From Vulcanimicrobiota bacterium (GTDB taxonomy: Bacteria > Vulcanimicrobiota > Vulcanimicrobiia > Vulcanimicrobiales > Vulcanimicrobiaceae), in assembly GCA_963714015.1 (NCBI GenBank), contig OY970223.1, positions 3,072,001 to 3,136,000 of the forward strand: 64,000 bases of DNA. The letters are read 5' to 3'. Positions 30,810 through 40,979 of this stretch are shown here, piece after piece. Positions within the stretch are counted from its first letter, which is position 1. Every line of letters starts with the position of its first letter. Both the position numbers and the translations under genes were made by a program. The notes beneath the pieces were generated by a model, which was not told the origin of the DNA, did not search any database, and saw only the letters and a program-made list of their open reading frames with translations.

Positions 30810-31906
30810 TCGATCGCGCGCGCGCCGTTGCAGACGCGGTCCTCTACGAAGGCTTTCTTCTCTTTCCGTACGCCAAGAGCGCGCTGAAAAACCACATGCC
30901 GTTTCAGTTCGGCGTGCTGATGCCGCAAGGCTATGCGGACCCGAGCGAACCGCCGCAAGGGCACTGCGAAGCTGTGCTCTGCGACGTGCGTGACGGCGCC
31001 CGAATCGACGGAGTTCTTCGCTTCCTGCAAGCCGATCCGGATCCCGAAGAGCGCGAAGTGCCGTTCGAATTCCGGGTCGACGGCGAGAGCTCGCCCGTTG
31101 CATTCACAATGGGCCGTCTGCGCGGCGAGATTTCTCTGTCCGTAACCGCAGAAGGCTCGCTGTTCCGCCTTGCCGTCGACGTGCGCAACCTCACGCCCGC
31201 ATCGGCGCCGGCGTCGCGGAACGCCGCGCTTCCGGGCGCCCTCATAAGCGTCAATCTGTTGCTTCAGGCGCAGGGGGCGCGATTTGTTTCGATGCTCGAT
31301 CCGCCGGCGCAGGCGAAGGACGCTGCGTTGCGCTCTCGTAACGACCGGTTTTTCCCGGTGCTTGCGGGCGCCGAAGACGGCGACGTGCATACCTCGGATG
31401 TTTTGCTGATATCGCCCATCATTTTGTACGACTTTCCACGCATTGCCCCCCACAGCCAAACGCGAACCTTCGACGGCACCGAAGTCGACGAGCTGCTGAT
31501 GCTCAGCGTCGCATCTCTCACGGACGAAGAGAAACGCGAAGCGCGCTCCGCACACCCGTTCGTTCGCGAGCTGGTGGAACGGGCCGAAGCGCTCGATGCC
31601 GATACGCAGCAGCTCCTGCACGGCGAACTCACCGGCGGAAGCGGCAAACCGGGGGACGAGCGCGTTATCGTTTCCGGAACGACCATCGGCCCGGGCTCGC
31701 ACGTGCGGGTTCACCCCAAGCGGCGTGCCGACGTATGGGACGACATCGTTCGCGGCATGAGCGCACGTGTAAAGGCCGTGCACACCGACTTCGACGGCAA
31801 CCGCTACGTCGGTGTCGTGTTCGATGCGGATCCTGCAAGCGGCGAGCACGAATGGTACGGCCGCTCGTTTTTCTATGGCGCTGACGAAATCGAGCCGATC
31901 GCATGA
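30806..31906 (+). CDS. conserved group 1h hydrogenase-associated protein
   Basis: ADAVLYEGFLLFPY, SPIILYDFP.IAP.S..FDGTEVDELL.L....LTDEEKREAR; in the operon. Confidence 0.75.
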   Translation: MIDRARAVADAVLYEGFLLFPYAKSALKNHMPFQFGVLMPQGYADPSEPPQGHCEAVLCDVRDGARIDGVLRFLQADPDPEEREVPFEFRVDGESSPVAFTMGRLRGEISLSVTAEGSLFRLAVDVRNLTPASAPASRNAALPGALISVNLLLQAQGARFVSMLDPPAQAKDAALRSRNDRFFPVLAGAEDGDVHTSDVLLISPIILYDFPRIAPHSQTRTFDGTEVDELLMLSVASLTDEEKREARSAHPFVRELVERAEALDADTQQLLHGELTGGSGKPGDERVIVSGTTIGPGSHVRVHPKRRADVWDDIVRGMSARVKAVHTDFDGNRYVGVVFDADPASGEHEWYGRSFFYGADEIEPIA

Positions 31907-32403
31907 CGACGCTCGTCGCCGGCTTTGGGAACATCTTCTTCTCCGACGATGGTTTCGGACCGGCGGTCATTCGCGCGCTGAAGCCGGACGAGTTTCCCTC
32001 CGGCGTGCGCGTTCGTGATTTTGGTACAGGCGGCATGTACCTCGCGCTCGAGCTGCTCTCGGGATACCATCTGGCAATCATCGTCGACGCGATCGCGCGT
32101 GACGATCCGCCGGGCACGGTGTTCGCCATCGAGCCGCAAGAAGCGTTGGCGAACTTGACGCCGTCCGCCGATCCGCATGCGATGGACGTGCGCAGCGTGC
32201 TGACGCTCTACGAGCAAATGTGCGCGCATAGTCCGGACGTGACGAGGCCGAAAGTCCTGATAGCCGGATGTGTTCCGCAGACGCTCGATCCCGGCATGGA
32301 CCTGAGCGAACCGGTACGCGCCGCCGTTCCGACTTGTACGGATCTGATTTCCCGGCTCGCGCACGAAGCATCCGGGTTCCCTAGTACTGGAGTCGAAGTA
32401 TGA
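31903..32403 (+). CDS. hydrogenase maturation endopeptidase (HybD/HupD family)
   Basis: AGFGNIFFSDDGFG, DFGTGG, VDA and DPHAM motifs. Confidence 0.9.
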   Translation: MTTLVAGFGNIFFSDDGFGPAVIRALKPDEFPSGVRVRDFGTGGMYLALELLSGYHLAIIVDAIARDDPPGTVFAIEPQEALANLTPSADPHAMDVRSVLTLYEQMCAHSPDVTRPKVLIAGCVPQTLDPGMDLSEPVRAAVPTCTDLISRLAHEASGFPSTGVEV

Positions 32404-32660
32404 AAAAACGCAAGGTCTTGGGCGCCATTGCAGCTCTCGCCGCCCTTTACGCGGTGCGTATGACGCTTAAATTAGCCGGAGAGTTCCGCCGTTACAACCG
32501 CATCCTTTCGATGTCGAACGAAGGGACAGTTCAACAGGAGTTTCCCGAATTGATGCTCCAAGTCATGACGCAGGAACGGCAAACCGCCAAGGAATGGAAG
32601 ACGTTCCTGAAATCGGCGCCTAAAGATTTAGCGCGGTACATGAAGATCGAGTCGATGTAA
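32400..32660 (+). CDS. small membrane-anchored protein (DUF6893-like C-terminus)
   Basis: N-terminal hydrophobic helix; ends KDLARYMKIESM, like small genes upstream of hypC in group 1h clusters. Confidence 0.6.
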   Translation: MKKRKVLGAIAALAALYAVRMTLKLAGEFRRYNRILSMSNEGTVQQEFPELMLQVMTQERQTAKEWKTFLKSAPKDLARYMKIESM

Positions 32661-32661
32661 C

Positions 32662-32934
32662 ATGTGCTTGGCGATTCCAGGCAAGATCGTAGAGTTTTCG
32701 GCGGACCAGCCGCTGCTTGCAAAGATTGACGTCGCCGGCGTCCGGCGCTCCGTAAACATCGGACTGCTCGCGGACGAGCCGCTCGAGCTTGGGGACTGGG
32801 TGCTGATCCACGTCGGTTTCGCGATGAGCAAGATCGGCGAACGTGAAGCGCAGGATCAGCTTACGATGATCGCGGCGCTCGGCGAAGACCAGCAGGCAAT
32901 GGACGAAGTACGGGGTTACACGTTCGCGCCGTGA
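32662..32934 (+). CDS. hypC: hydrogenase maturation chaperone
   Basis: MCLAIPG and GDWVLIHVGFAM motifs. Confidence 0.96.
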   Translation: MCLAIPGKIVEFSADQPLLAKIDVAGVRRSVNIGLLADEPLELGDWVLIHVGFAMSKIGEREAQDQLTMIAALGEDQQAMDEVRGYTFAP

Positions 32935-34037
32935 GATACGTCGACGAATTCCGCGACGCCGGTCTGATCGCAAAGCTCGCCCGCGAGATCGCAAAGACCG
33001 TCGAGCCCGGCTACCACTATCGGATTATGGAAGTCTGCGGGGGTCACACGCACTCGATCTACCGCCACGGACTGCGCGACGTTCTTCCCGCAAATATCCA
33101 GCTCGTCCATGGCCCCGGCTGTCCGGTTTGTGTGCTTCCCATGGGGCGTGTCGACGATGGACTTTCCGTCGCGGAGCGGCCGAATAGCGTGCTCGCCGCG
33201 TTCGGCGACATGATGCGAGTTCCGGGTACTAAAGGTACGCCGCTGGAGTACAAAGCGCGCGGCTGCGACGTGCGAATGGTATATTCGCCGCTCGACGCCT
33301 TACGAGTCGCCCAAAACGAACCGGATAAGCACATCTGCTTTTTTGCGATCGGATTCGAAACGACGGCACCCTCGACGGCTCTGACGATTCTGCGCGCCAA
33401 GGCGCTCGAAGTGAGCAATTTCAGCGTTTTCTGCAATCACGTGACCATTCTGCCTGCGATTCGCGCCATACTCGATTCGCCGGACATGCGCATCGACGGC
33501 TTCATCGGCCCGGGACACGTGTCGACGATTACGGGCTGCCGTCCGTATGAATTCATCGCGCAGCATTATCGTAAGCCCGTCGTCATCTCGGGCTTTGAGC
33601 CGGTCGATTTGCTGGAGGGGATTCTCATGGTGCTGCGGCAACTGCGCGCACGCGAAGCGAGAGTCGAAAACCAGTACCGCCGGATCGTGCCCTGGAATGG
33701 AAATGGCGCTGCCATGCGGGCAATGTCGGACGTTTTCGAGTTGCGGCCGTATTTCGAGTGGCGCGGTCTCGGTTTCATTTCGCAGTCGGCACTGAAGATC
33801 AAGAACGCATACGCTCAATACGATAGTGAAGCGCGATTCGAGCTGCCGGGCATCCGCGTCACGGATCCCAAAGCGGCGCAATGCGGCGAAGTGCTCAAGG
33901 GCGTGCTTTCACCGCCGCAGTGCAAACTGTTCGGCGCTGCCTGCACGCCCGAGCATCCGATCGGGGCGCTCATGGTGTCGAGCGAAGGCGCGTGTGCGGC
34001 GTATTATCGTTACGTCGCCAAGCCGGTCGAAGCATGA
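32931..34037 (+). CDS. hypD: hydrogenase formation protein
   Basis: MEVCGGHT, HGPGCPVC, GFETT, PGHVS and MVSSEGACAAYY motifs. Confidence 0.96.
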   Translation: MRYVDEFRDAGLIAKLAREIAKTVEPGYHYRIMEVCGGHTHSIYRHGLRDVLPANIQLVHGPGCPVCVLPMGRVDDGLSVAERPNSVLAAFGDMMRVPGTKGTPLEYKARGCDVRMVYSPLDALRVAQNEPDKHICFFAIGFETTAPSTALTILRAKALEVSNFSVFCNHVTILPAIRAILDSPDMRIDGFIGPGHVSTITGCRPYEFIAQHYRKPVVISGFEPVDLLEGILMVLRQLRAREARVENQYRRIVPWNGNGAAMRAMSDVFELRPYFEWRGLGFISQSALKIKNAYAQYDSEARFELPGIRVTDPKAAQCGEVLKGVLSPPQCKLFGAACTPEHPIGALMVSSEGACAAYYRYVAKPVEA

Positions 34038-35059
34038 AAACGCGAGTACATATTCCGCAGATAGAAATGGCGCACGGCGCGGGCGGAAAGGCGACTCGTC
34101 GCCTTATCGAAGGCATCATCGCGCCGGCGTTTTCGAATCCGGCGCTTGACGCGCTCTCCGATGCGGCGATGCTGACGATCGCCGGTACGCGGGTAGCGAC
34201 GACCGCCGACGGATTCGTCGTCAAGCCTCTGGCGTTTGCCGGCGGATCGATCGGATCGCTCGCCGTGCACGGGACGATTAATGACTTGGCCGTTTCGGGT
34301 GCGCGCCCCATCGCGTTGATGGCGACGCTTATTCTCGAAGCCGGTTTGCCGGGCGAAACGCTGGAGCGTGAAATCGACGCGATGGCGCAAGCGGCGCGAC
34401 GTTGCGGAGTCGACGTGATCGGCGGCGACACGAAGGTCGTCGAACACGGTATGGCCGACGGAATGTATGTCTCGACATTCGGGATCGGAATCGTGGACGA
34501 GCGATTGACGCTGGGACCGCAACAGGTGCGCACGGGCGATCGGGTTCTGCTCTCCGGCCCCATTGGAGATCACGGCATTACGATTTTGCTCGCGCGCGGC
34601 GAATTGGAGCTGGAAGCCGAGATTCAATCCGATACGCGTGCCGTGACGCCGTTCGTCGAAGCGCTCTGCGCGGCGGCGCCGGCGGGACTGCGCTGGATGC
34701 GGGATCCGACGCGCGGCGGCGTTGCAACTGCGCTGAACGAGCTCGCGCGGGATTCGCATTTGGGAGTCGTGCTCGATGAAGAAGCGATTCCGATGCGCGA
34801 CGCGGTTCGAGGCGCCTGCGAAATACTCGGGCTGGATCCGCTCCACATTGCCAACGAAGGGCAATTCCTTGCAGTCGTTGCACCCGAGCACGCCGATGCA
34901 GCGCTGAGCGCCGTTCGCTCCGTCAAGGGCGGCGAAGAGGCGGCACTCATCGGCGAAATTGCATCCGATAAGGCCGCAACGGTCATCACGCGCACGCAAT
35001 ATGGCGGGACGCGCGTCGTCGACATGCTCGTCGGCGATCCGTTGCCGCGCATCTGCTGA
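34034..35059 (+). CDS. hypE: carbamoyl dehydratase
   Basis: HGAGG, GTINDLA, GDTKVV, RDPTRGG, ANEG and C-terminal LPRIC. Confidence 0.96.
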   Translation: MKTRVHIPQIEMAHGAGGKATRRLIEGIIAPAFSNPALDALSDAAMLTIAGTRVATTADGFVVKPLAFAGGSIGSLAVHGTINDLAVSGARPIALMATLILEAGLPGETLEREIDAMAQAARRCGVDVIGGDTKVVEHGMADGMYVSTFGIGIVDERLTLGPQQVRTGDRVLLSGPIGDHGITILLARGELELEAEIQSDTRAVTPFVEALCAAAPAGLRWMRDPTRGGVATALNELARDSHLGVVLDEEAIPMRDAVRGACEILGLDPLHIANEGQFLAVVAPEHADAALSAVRSVKGGEEAALIGEIASDKAATVITRTQYGGTRVVDMLVGDPLPRIC

Positions 35060-35061
35060 CA

Positions 35062-36253
35062 ATGCTGCACGCGCCGGCGGAAGCGTTCGTTCGCGACCGC
35101 GTTCTCGCGCGAAACGTCCCCTGCCGGCTTTTCTTCGAACGCGAGGCGGAGCGTCTGGCGCGTGCATGCGCCGAAATGGCGTCACGGTTTGCGCGCGGCG
35201 GCAGGCTGCTCGCATTCGGGCACGGCGCCTACGCCACCGATGCAATGCACCTTTCCGTTGAGTTCATTCACCCGGTGATTGTCGGTAAACGCGCACTCCC
35301 CGCGCTCGACGTAAGCATGGCTCCGGAGGCGTTCGTTGCCGCGCTGGCCGGCGAAGACGACATGGTCTTAGCGCTCGGGCCCCCCGGCGGCGATCCGGCA
35401 TGCATGGAGTCAATCACCCGCGCATCGCGCCGCAACGCGATGACCATCGCCTGGCCCGGCGGCATGCACGATGCCGACTACGCCGTAGAGGCGCCCAGCG
35501 CGGACGTCCATCTGCACCAGGAACTTTTTGAATTGCTCGGCCACACGATGTACGAATCGGTGCACGTTTTCCTCGAACATCTTTCGGCAGATTATGCTGC
35601 CGATAGCATCTCTAGCGGCGGCGATTTCGATTTTCTCTATCCATTCTTAGAACAAAGGAGTACTTCTCCCGATGCACTCGCCGAAGAAGTTTGCGCATCG
35701 ATTCGCATGAAATGCGCCGACGCAAACGAACTGCGCGAGCGCGTTGCGCGGGAAGAATGCGAGGCAATAGCCGCCGCCGTGCGGGCGATTCAAGGTCGAC
35801 TGCGGGAAGGTGGGCGCATTTTGGCGTTCGGTAACGGCGGCTCCGCGACGGATGCGACCGATTTCGTCATGGATTGCGTCATGCCGGAATGCGCGTGGGA
35901 CCCGATCCCTGCGATTTCTCTCGCACTCGAACCGGCGGTGCTTACCGCAACGGCTAACGACGTCGGAGTCGACGTCATGTTCTTACGCCAGCTGATAGCG
36001 CAATCGTCGCCCAAGGACGTCGCGTTTGCGTTTTCCACCAGCGGCGGTTCCCGTAACGTGGTCGCTGCTTTGGAAGAAGCGCGAAAGCGCGGCCTGCTCA
36101 CGATCGCACTGCTCGGCTACGACGGAGGCGAGATCGTGCGCCGGCACCTTGCGGACGTCGCGATCGTCGTACGTTCCGATTACGTTCCGCGCATTCAAGA
36201 AGCGCAAGGCGACGGTCTATCATGTGCTGCGCGAGGCGCTTGCGCGTGCTTGA
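35062..36253 (+). CDS. tandem SIS-domain GmhA-like protein; frameshift near 36208
   Basis: Two GGR(L/I)LAFG boxes, EFIHPVIVGKRALPA, GNGGSATDA, STSGGS and PRIQEAQ; C-terminus TVYHVL...* lies in another frame. Confidence 0.8.
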
Positions 36254-36477
36254 ACTATTCGGAACTTCAACATGCCCGTACACGGCGCAGATGCGCGAGG
36301 ATCTCCAGTGGCGGCGAGAAGCATTCATCGAATACGACGTGGAGCGCGACGCCGCGGCCTTGAGGCGAATGCTGGACATCTCCGGCGGCGACCGTACGGT
36401 TCCGCTTCTCAGCTCGAGATGGACGCCTGCTGCAGATAGGCTTCGAGGGGCGCGGCTGTTATGCAGGCGGCACCTAA
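36246..36477 (+). CDS. glutaredoxin-like protein (Uxx-star-like, Cys form); frameshift near 36411
   Basis: MLELFGTSTCPYT...EYDVERD...RTVPLL, then RDGRLLQIGFEGRGCYAGGT*. Confidence 0.7.
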
Positions 36478-38695
36478 GCACGCGCGCCGGTTGCGAATCG
36501 CCGGTGTGGTGCAGGGTGTGGGCTTTCGACCGTTCGTCTATCGTGAAGCGGTCCAGCGCGGCTTGACCGGCTGGGTCTTGAACGGCGAATCGGGCGTGGA
36601 GATTTACGCGGAAGGCACGCGGGACGCGCTTGAAGCGTTCGAGCAGGTACTTCGCACGCGCGCACCGGCAGCGGCGTCTATCGCTTCGTTCGATTCGTCA
36701 ACCGTGCTGCCGGAAGGCTTTGCCGCCTTCGAGATTCGCGAAAGCGAACGGGCCGGCGCGCCGACGGTCCGGGTTTGCGGCGACCTTGCGATTTGTGAAG
36801 AGTGCTTGCGCGAATTGTTCGATCCGGCGGATCGCCGGTACCGTTATCCGTACATCAATTGCACGGACTGCGGACCGCGGTATTCGATTTTGCGCGCCCT
36901 CCCTTACGATCGCCCGCAGACGACGATGCGTGAGTGGCCGATGTGCGCTCAGTGCCGCGACGAATACGAAGACCCTTTCGATCGCCGTTTTCATGCTCAG
37001 CCTGTGGCGTGTCCGAAATGCGGCCCCACGACGATTCTGGAGCAGAAGGATGCATCGCTGCGCGGCTATAGCGCCATCGCTCGAGCCGCGCTGCTTTTGC
37101 GCGAGGGCGCGATCGTTGCAGTCAAAGGCCTTGGGGGATATCACCTGGCGTGCGACGCGCACAATGCCGGCGCGGTGGAGGCACTTCGCGAGCGCAAGTA
37201 TCGCAAAGAACGTCCGTTTGCCCTCATGGTTCGCGACGCGGCATGCGCTAAAAAACTGGTCGCGCTCGATCCGCAGTCCGAGCGCATTCTGGCATCGGCC
37301 GTTCGGCCGATCGTGCTCGCGCCGGCAAAGGCGCAACTCGCGGGTGTTGCACCGGATAATGCCGACCTGGGCGTGATGATTGCGTACACGCCAGTACACC
37401 ATTTGCTGTTCGAAGCCGGTGCCCCGCCGGTTTTGGTGATGACCAGTGCAAACCGGTCGAGCGAACCGATTGCCTATCTCGACGAGGACGCTCGAGACTC
37501 GCTTGCGGGGATCGCCGACGCGCTGCTTATCGGCGAACGAGAGATTGCACGCCGCATGGACGACAGCGTCGTTTCTTCTATCGGCGTCGTTCGTCACGCT
37601 CGCGGCTTGGCGCCGCAGGCAGTTGCGGCACTGCCGTCCGATCGCCCAATCATTGCCGTGGGCGCAGATCTGAAGAATTCCGTGGCACTTGCGGTCGGCG
37701 GCCAACTCTTCATGAGCCAGTACGTCGGCGATTTGGAATACTTCGAAGCGTTCGAGTCTTTCACAGCGACGATCGATGACCTCAGCGCGCTCTACGAGCT
37801 GGCGATCGAGGACGCGCTCATCGCGCACGACGCGCATCCCGAGTATCGCTCCAGCTCGCATGCCGCGCAACTCGGCGGCAGATGCTGCGCCGTGCAGCAC
37901 CATCGCGCGCATGTCGCAAGCGTTCTAGCCGAACGTCAATCTTTCGATGAACCCGTACTTGGGTTTGCGTTTGACGGAACCGGTTACGGTGAAGACGGAA
38001 CCATTTGGGGCGGCGAGGTGTTCACCGGCGATCTCACGCGCGGATTCGTTCGCAGCTCGCATTTACGGCCGGCGCTTCTCCCGGGCGGTGATGCAGCCGC
38101 ACGGTTTCCGGCCCAGGCCGCCGCTGGTTTCTTGTCTTGCTGCGAAAGTTTACTCGACGTGGACTTCACGCGAGCGCCGTTCGATTTTCCGCCACGCTAT
38201 CGCGACGCGTGCAAGATGCTGGAACGCAACGTGCGCATCTTCGAGACGACTTCGATGGGCCGCCTGTTCGATACCGTGGCCGCGCTCCTCGGGTTCACGC
38301 GCGAAATTACCTTCGAGGCGCAGGCCGCGATGTGGCTCGAACATCTGGCGCGATCGGCGCCGGCCGTTGCGCCCTATGCGTTCCCGTTCCAGAACGGCGA
38401 GCTCGATTACCGCCCGCTGCTCGCGCAGATCGTCGCGGATCGGCGGCGCGGCAGAGACGTATCGGAATGTGCTCGGGCCTTCCACGCGGCAATCGTGCAG
38501 GGGATACTTGCGATCGTGCGCGAGTTTACGTACGAGCACGTCGTCATTTCCGGCGGCGTTTTTCAAAACGTGCTGCTCGTGAACGGCCTGCAAGACGAGC
38601 TCGGCGAACGCTTATGGACCAATCGGATCGTTCCGGCTAACGACGGAGGAATTTGCGTCGGCCAAGCCGCCATCGCGGCAATGTCCTGCTCCTAA
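36461..38695 (+). CDS. hypF: carbamoyltransferase
   Basis: GVVQGVGFRPFVY, CEEC/CTDCGPRY zinc fingers, RRFHAQP, KGLGGYHL, QHHRAH, DGTGYG and NDGG motifs. Confidence 0.96.
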   Translation: MQAAPKHARRLRIAGVVQGVGFRPFVYREAVQRGLTGWVLNGESGVEIYAEGTRDALEAFEQVLRTRAPAAASIASFDSSTVLPEGFAAFEIRESERAGAPTVRVCGDLAICEECLRELFDPADRRYRYPYINCTDCGPRYSILRALPYDRPQTTMREWPMCAQCRDEYEDPFDRRFHAQPVACPKCGPTTILEQKDASLRGYSAIARAALLLREGAIVAVKGLGGYHLACDAHNAGAVEALRERKYRKERPFALMVRDAACAKKLVALDPQSERILASAVRPIVLAPAKAQLAGVAPDNADLGVMIAYTPVHHLLFEAGAPPVLVMTSANRSSEPIAYLDEDARDSLAGIADALLIGEREIARRMDDSVVSSIGVVRHARGLAPQAVAALPSDRPIIAVGADLKNSVALAVGGQLFMSQYVGDLEYFEAFESFTATIDDLSALYELAIEDALIAHDAHPEYRSSSHAAQLGGRCCAVQHHRAHVASVLAERQSFDEPVLGFAFDGTGYGEDGTIWGGEVFTGDLTRGFVRSSHLRPALLPGGDAAARFPAQAAAGFLSCCESLLDVDFTRAPFDFPPRYRDACKMLERNVRIFETTSMGRLFDTVAALLGFTREITFEAQAAMWLEHLARSAPAVAPYAFPFQNGELDYRPLLAQIVADRRRGRDVSECARAFHAAIVQGILAIVREFTYEHVVISGGVFQNVLLVNGLQDELGERLWTNRIVPANDGGICVGQAAIAAMSCS

Positions 38696-38786
38696 TGCGC
38701 TAAGTAGGCAACCGGTGGAGAGCGACGAATGAAGGCTTCCCTCTTATGTTCGCCGACGTGACGAGCGCTTTGAAATGGAGAAGACC

Positions 38787-39110
38787 ATGGTCAAGACACT
38801 TTCGATTTTCGTCGTTGGTTTTTTGGTGCTGGGCCAATCGCAGAGCTGGGCCGGCACCGCGGGCAACGGCTCCGCGACCAGCGGCATGCCGGGAGTCAGC
38901 CTTCAGCAATTTCGCTATCGATCGGATGCGAAGAAGCATTGCCCGAGCGATACGGTTGTTTGGGGCAGCAGCGCGAATCGCGGGATCTTTTACACTAACG
39001 GCGCGGGCCCTTATTCTCTTAGCGCCGGAAAACGGGTACGGATCGCCGGCTTCTACGCCTGTACGGCTGATGTCAAGAAGGCTCGGTTAAAAATCGATTC
39101 CGGCGGCTGA
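38787..39110 (+). CDS. small secreted hypothetical protein
   Basis: GGAG RBS, signal peptide, HCPSDTVVW...G.YAC Cys pair. Confidence 0.6.
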   Translation: MVKTLSIFVVGFLVLGQSQSWAGTAGNGSATSGMPGVSLQQFRYRSDAKKHCPSDTVVWGSSANRGIFYTNGAGPYSLSAGKRVRIAGFYACTADVKKARLKIDSGG

Positions 39111-39179
39111 TCCCGTGTAGCGATTTCGCGCTCGCAGTAAGCCCTCGCGCGGAATGAACGGCAATGGCAACCTATTCAA

Positions 39180-39839
39180 GTGGAACCTAAATCCCGCATT
39201 ACAGCGGTTTCAATTCCGTCGGGCGAGATCGTGCTCGATGGCGATTTGACCAGGGCCGAAAATCCGCAAGGTTTGATTATTTTCGTGCACGGCAGCGGTA
39301 GCAGCCGCTTCAGCGCCCGAAATCGATACGTCGCGAGCATGCTCAACGGCGCCGGCTTTGCGACGCTGCTTGCCGACCTTCTCACGCCTGCAGAAGAGGC
39401 GATCGACGCCAAAACCGCAAGGCTGCGCTTCGATATTCCGATGCTCGCAGAACGCACCATACACATGATCGACTGGGCGCGTTCGGACGAATCCATTGGG
39501 TATCTTCCGGTCGGATTATTCGGCGCGAGCACGGGGGCCGCAGCAGCGATCATTGCGGCATCGCGGCGCCGGGAGGAAATCTGCGCCGTGGTCTCCCGCG
39601 GCGGCCGAGTGGATCTCGCGGACTCCGCGCTGGAACAACTGCATTCGCCGCTGCTCATGATTGCCGGCGGCTTGGACCTCGCCGTCTTGGATCTGCATGA
39701 GAAAGTCTTACCGCGGCTGAGATGCCGGCACCGCTATGAAATCGTGCCGCAAGCAGCGCATCTTTTTGAAGAGCCGGGAGCGCTGAACGCGGTTGCGTCC
39801 CTTGCCGCCGGCTGGTTTCAACGTTATCTAGAGATCTAA
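39180..39839 (+). CDS. dienelactone hydrolase family alpha/beta hydrolase
   Basis: HGSGSSRFSARN, GLFGASTG (GxSxG), VSRGGR and HLFEEPG motifs. Confidence 0.85.
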   Translation: MEPKSRITAVSIPSGEIVLDGDLTRAENPQGLIIFVHGSGSSRFSARNRYVASMLNGAGFATLLADLLTPAEEAIDAKTARLRFDIPMLAERTIHMIDWARSDESIGYLPVGLFGASTGAAAAIIAASRRREEICAVVSRGGRVDLADSALEQLHSPLLMIAGGLDLAVLDLHEKVLPRLRCRHRYEIVPQAAHLFEEPGALNAVASLAAGWFQRYLEI

Positions 39840-39865
39840 ACCGGCATCCACCGGATGTTAGCCGC

Positions 39866-40447
39866 TCAATGCGGCTTTCGCCGCTCGAATAAGTCCAGAC
39901 GATACGTTTCCTTTGAGAAGCCGCACAAACGCCGGACCGCGGGACTAGACGCAAACATTTCGTGAACGTGTTCCGCCGAACACGCGTGTCCTTCGACCGG
40001 CGGCGTCCAGTGGACCAAAATGATGTGACCGCCGGAAGCCGCATGCAACACGACATTGTTTATCAGCGCGCGAAGATCGTCTTCTGAGAAGTAGTAACCC
40101 ACTTCGCATATTGTGGTGAGATCGAAATTTTCGCCCGGGTATTCCCGCGGCATGGTGCGCTGCTCGAAACGCACCTGCTGATGTTGCGCGCACCGCTGGG
40201 AGGCGTCCGCCAGCGCTTCAGGTGACACGTCGATAGCCAGCAGTTTCGCGCAGCGAGGTGCGAGCATATTCGTGAACACGCCTATCGAGCAGCCGATCTC
40301 CAGCGCGTTATCGTAGCGCTCTCGCGGCAGTGAAGCCAGCGTTGCTTCGTACTTGTGTTTTTCGTAAGGGCTTGCGATGAAGTTCCACGGGTCCGCTTCC
40401 CGTTTGTACAGATCGATGAAGTACTGCGGCGGCACGCTGTGGGACAC
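39866..40447 (-). CDS. NodS-like SAM-dependent methyltransferase
   Basis: F..LY..EADPWNF..S.YE..KY, LEIGCSIG, EVGYY and VHW motifs; GTG start at 40447. Confidence 0.82.
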   Translation of the reverse strand: MSHSVPPQYFIDLYKREADPWNFIASPYEKHKYEATLASLPRERYDNALEIGCSIGVFTNMLAPRCAKLLAIDVSPEALADASQRCAQHQQVRFEQRTMPREYPGENFDLTTICEVGYYFSEDDLRALINNVVLHAASGGHIILVHWTPPVEGHACSAEHVHEMFASSPAVRRLCGFSKETYRLDLFERRKPH

Positions 40448-40491
40448 GCGAATTTGAACCCGAATCTTGCCGTAGAGCTCGGTTGCGTACC

Positions 40492-40979
40492 CTAGAGTTG
40501 CTTGAGCTTCCGAGCTCTGAACTGATTGCGGAGCTCCGTTTTGCCGCGTAGGCCTTGAGCGTCGCGTTTTGTCCGTGCTTGGCCTCTTGATTCTGCGTGT
40601 ATTGATTCTCGTTATCTGCAATGCGCAGTTCTCGCGCGAATGCATGGTCGAGTGTGGCGCCGCTCAGCCCTTGAATATTCGCGTAATGCAGCTGATCTTG
40701 GAGCTGCAAGCCCTTGGCAGGCTTGACGCCGTAGCGCTTTGCAATACCGCCCAGCATGCGCGAGTCGTGGGTCGCTTGCGAGGCAACGCTCTTTGCAAAC
40801 GATCGCGCGGCCGCAGAGCCATGCTGCGCTTCGTACGCCGCCATCGCATATCGCCCCAACTGAATCTGTATTGCCGTTTGAAGATACTTGGCGTCGGTGC
40901 CGTTCAACGAGGCCGCACTAGCGGCCGCCCCGAGCGAAAGCACGACGATCGCCACTAGAGAAAAGAACTTCACCGTCAC
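40492..40979 (-). CDS. secreted DUF4142-like protein
   Basis: Signal peptide; D..YLQTA, RSFA, LSGATLDHAF, LKAYA. One missing A near 40509 would give ...GKLKQL* at 40492; as written the frame runs to 40308. Confidence 0.65.

Noticed and set aside
29730..36420. Programmed ribosomal frameshifting in hydrogenase accessory genes
   Set aside because: No slippery heptamers or stimulatory structures seen, and similar indels occur throughout unrelated genes.
36457..36459. Possible selenocysteine in the Uxx-star-like glutaredoxin
   Set aside because: The codon is TGT (Cys), not TGA.
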